Notes under the pieces: model-generated | Seen by the model: only the letters and a program-made list of their open reading frames with translations | What the model was told of the DNA's origin: nothing | The model's database searches: none | Part shown: one piece after another, positions 62,765-64,000 of the stretch | Position numbering within the stretch: position 1 is the stretch's first letter | Layout: every line of letters begins with the position of its first letter | Translations under genes and position numbers: made by a program | DNA from: Felis catus | Taxonomy: Eukaryota | DNA: 64,000 nt | Assembly (NCBI RefSeq): GCF_018350175.1 | Contig: NC_058368.1 | Location: 231,386,001-231,450,000, forward strand | Direction of reading: 5' to 3'

Positions 62765-63140
62765 TGTCTTGGTTAGCTCATGCTACTATGACCAAATGTC
62801 ATAGACTGGGGGCTTAAAGAACAGAAATTTATTTCTCACAGTTCTGGAGCCCGGAAACTATGAGGTCAGGGTGCCAGTGTGGTCGGGTTCTGGTGAGAAC
62901 TCTCTTCCAGGCTTGTAGATGGCTGCTTGCTTGCTGTATTTTCACATGGAAAGATAAGGAGTCTATCTCTTCCTCTCCTTATAAAAGGGTACTAATCCCC
63001 ATCATGGGGCTCTACCTACATAATCTCATCCAAACCTAATCACCTTCTGAAGCCCCCACTTCCAAAACCACCATTGGGGGTTAGAACGTCAACATGAATT
63101 TGGGGCAGGGGGTGGTACGCAAACCTCCATTCATGGACCG
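62765..63140 (-). mobile_element. MaLR (MLT1A-like) solo LTR
   Basis: 'catagactgggggcttaaagaacagaaatttatttctcacagttctggag...gggttctggtgag..ctctcttcc...ttgggggttagaacgtcaacatgaatttgggg'. Confidence 0.85.
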
Positions 63141-63789
63141 TGCAAAAGGTTTTAACTGATTTCCCCTTGCTGGGTGACCCAGAGGAATATTTCGGCATGG
63201 CTTACATCCAGTTTCTGCAGCTAAGCATGCTGGATTTTAAGGTTGGTGGCCTTGGGCCTGTTCATGCTCTCCATGAGAGCTTCCAAGTAACAGTACTGAA
63301 GGTCATGTGGGGAGGGGCTTGAGGCAACCAGGCACCATGCCGTGCCGAGGAAGAGAATGCTTGTCTGCGTCAGGAGCTGGAGGAGCAGGCGTGGAGGGGA
63401 AGAAGAAGGAAGAGAGGGAGGAAACACTCACTGTTCCGTCATTTTCCATTCCAAGCTGTGGTTCCTGAAAAACCTCCCTGAACCTTTTATCCATAAACAC
63501 CCTTGAATGAGATAGTTTAGTTGAGTGTCTAACCCTCAATGGAAAGAAGGGGGGTAGTGAGCATCTTCATTCTTGCAACCAGAGTCGTCACTCCTCCAAC
63601 AAATATTTCCTGACGCCTCACTGGATAGGGTCTTCTGCTTCCCCCTGGGGATAAAATGGTAAGAGAGACACGGCCCTTGCCATAGGCGGACCTACTGGAG
63701 TCTCATGGGAAATGCACATAAGCAAACAGGGTGCAGGAGAAGTATGGATAGGAGGGATGCAATCTTGCTTGGTGTGGCAAGATTTTTTA

Positions 63790-64000
63790 ACACAATACCC
63801 GGGATGCGTTGTCTCGCTGCTCCGAAGAATAAAGAGGTGGACACAGAGTGAGCGGCGGACAAAGTTTATTATACTATAAGATAAGAAAGCAAGAATAGTA
63901 GGAAAGCTCTCTTTACAGAGAGGGGACATTTGAAAGTGAATGCCCAAGGATTATAGGCAAGGGTCCTTGTTTTATAAGGTACTGGTCGCCCCATACTTTC
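63790..64000 (-). mobile_element. Probable ERV LTR, truncated by the window end
   Basis: 'ggacacagagtgagcggcggacaaagtttatt' (AATAAA on minus) with 'ttttata' (TATAAAA on minus) about 110 bp upstream, an LTR-like layout; family not identified. Confidence 0.5.

Noticed and set aside
63425..63480. Possible 33-nt minus-strand micro-exon (EPQLGMENDGT) with donor aca|gtgagt
   Set aside because: Short pyrimidine tract, no partner exons, and opposite to the strand implied by repeat bias; compatible with chance
1..64000. Most ORFs in the six-frame track
   Set aside because: They translate SINEs (GAWVAQSV.., RETEHERGRGRE..), microsatellites (FLPS, THTH, SLSL) or GC-rich non-coding DNA; many start at GTG or TTG, which is not meaningful in a mammalian genome
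1..64000. CRISPR array, operon or other prokaryotic-type system
   Set aside because: No regularly spaced repeat-spacer array and no gene-dense segment; the recurring 200-bp units are dispersed Can-SINEs

Overview
Felid (cat-like) genomic DNA, not microbial. The window is mostly interspersed repeats: about 31 tRNA-derived Can-SINEs including young Felis-type copies, carnivore and ancient L1 fragments, L2/MIR, MaLR and ERVL LTRs, hAT-Charlie MERs and microsatellites. I cannot support any intact protein-coding gene. The only recognisable host-gene-derived sequence is a processed RPL5 pseudogene on the minus strand (about 28974-30200), split by a SINE and with strongly AT-to-GC-biased substitutions. 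SINEs and L1s are mostly on the minus strand and a few exon-like segments lie on the plus strand, which suggests a large intron or non-coding part of an unidentified plus-strand transcript. I see no evidence of a new biological system; the notable observations concern mutation and insertion mechanisms. Repeat family names and the RPL5 comparison come from recalled consensus sequences, and most repeat boundaries are approximate.
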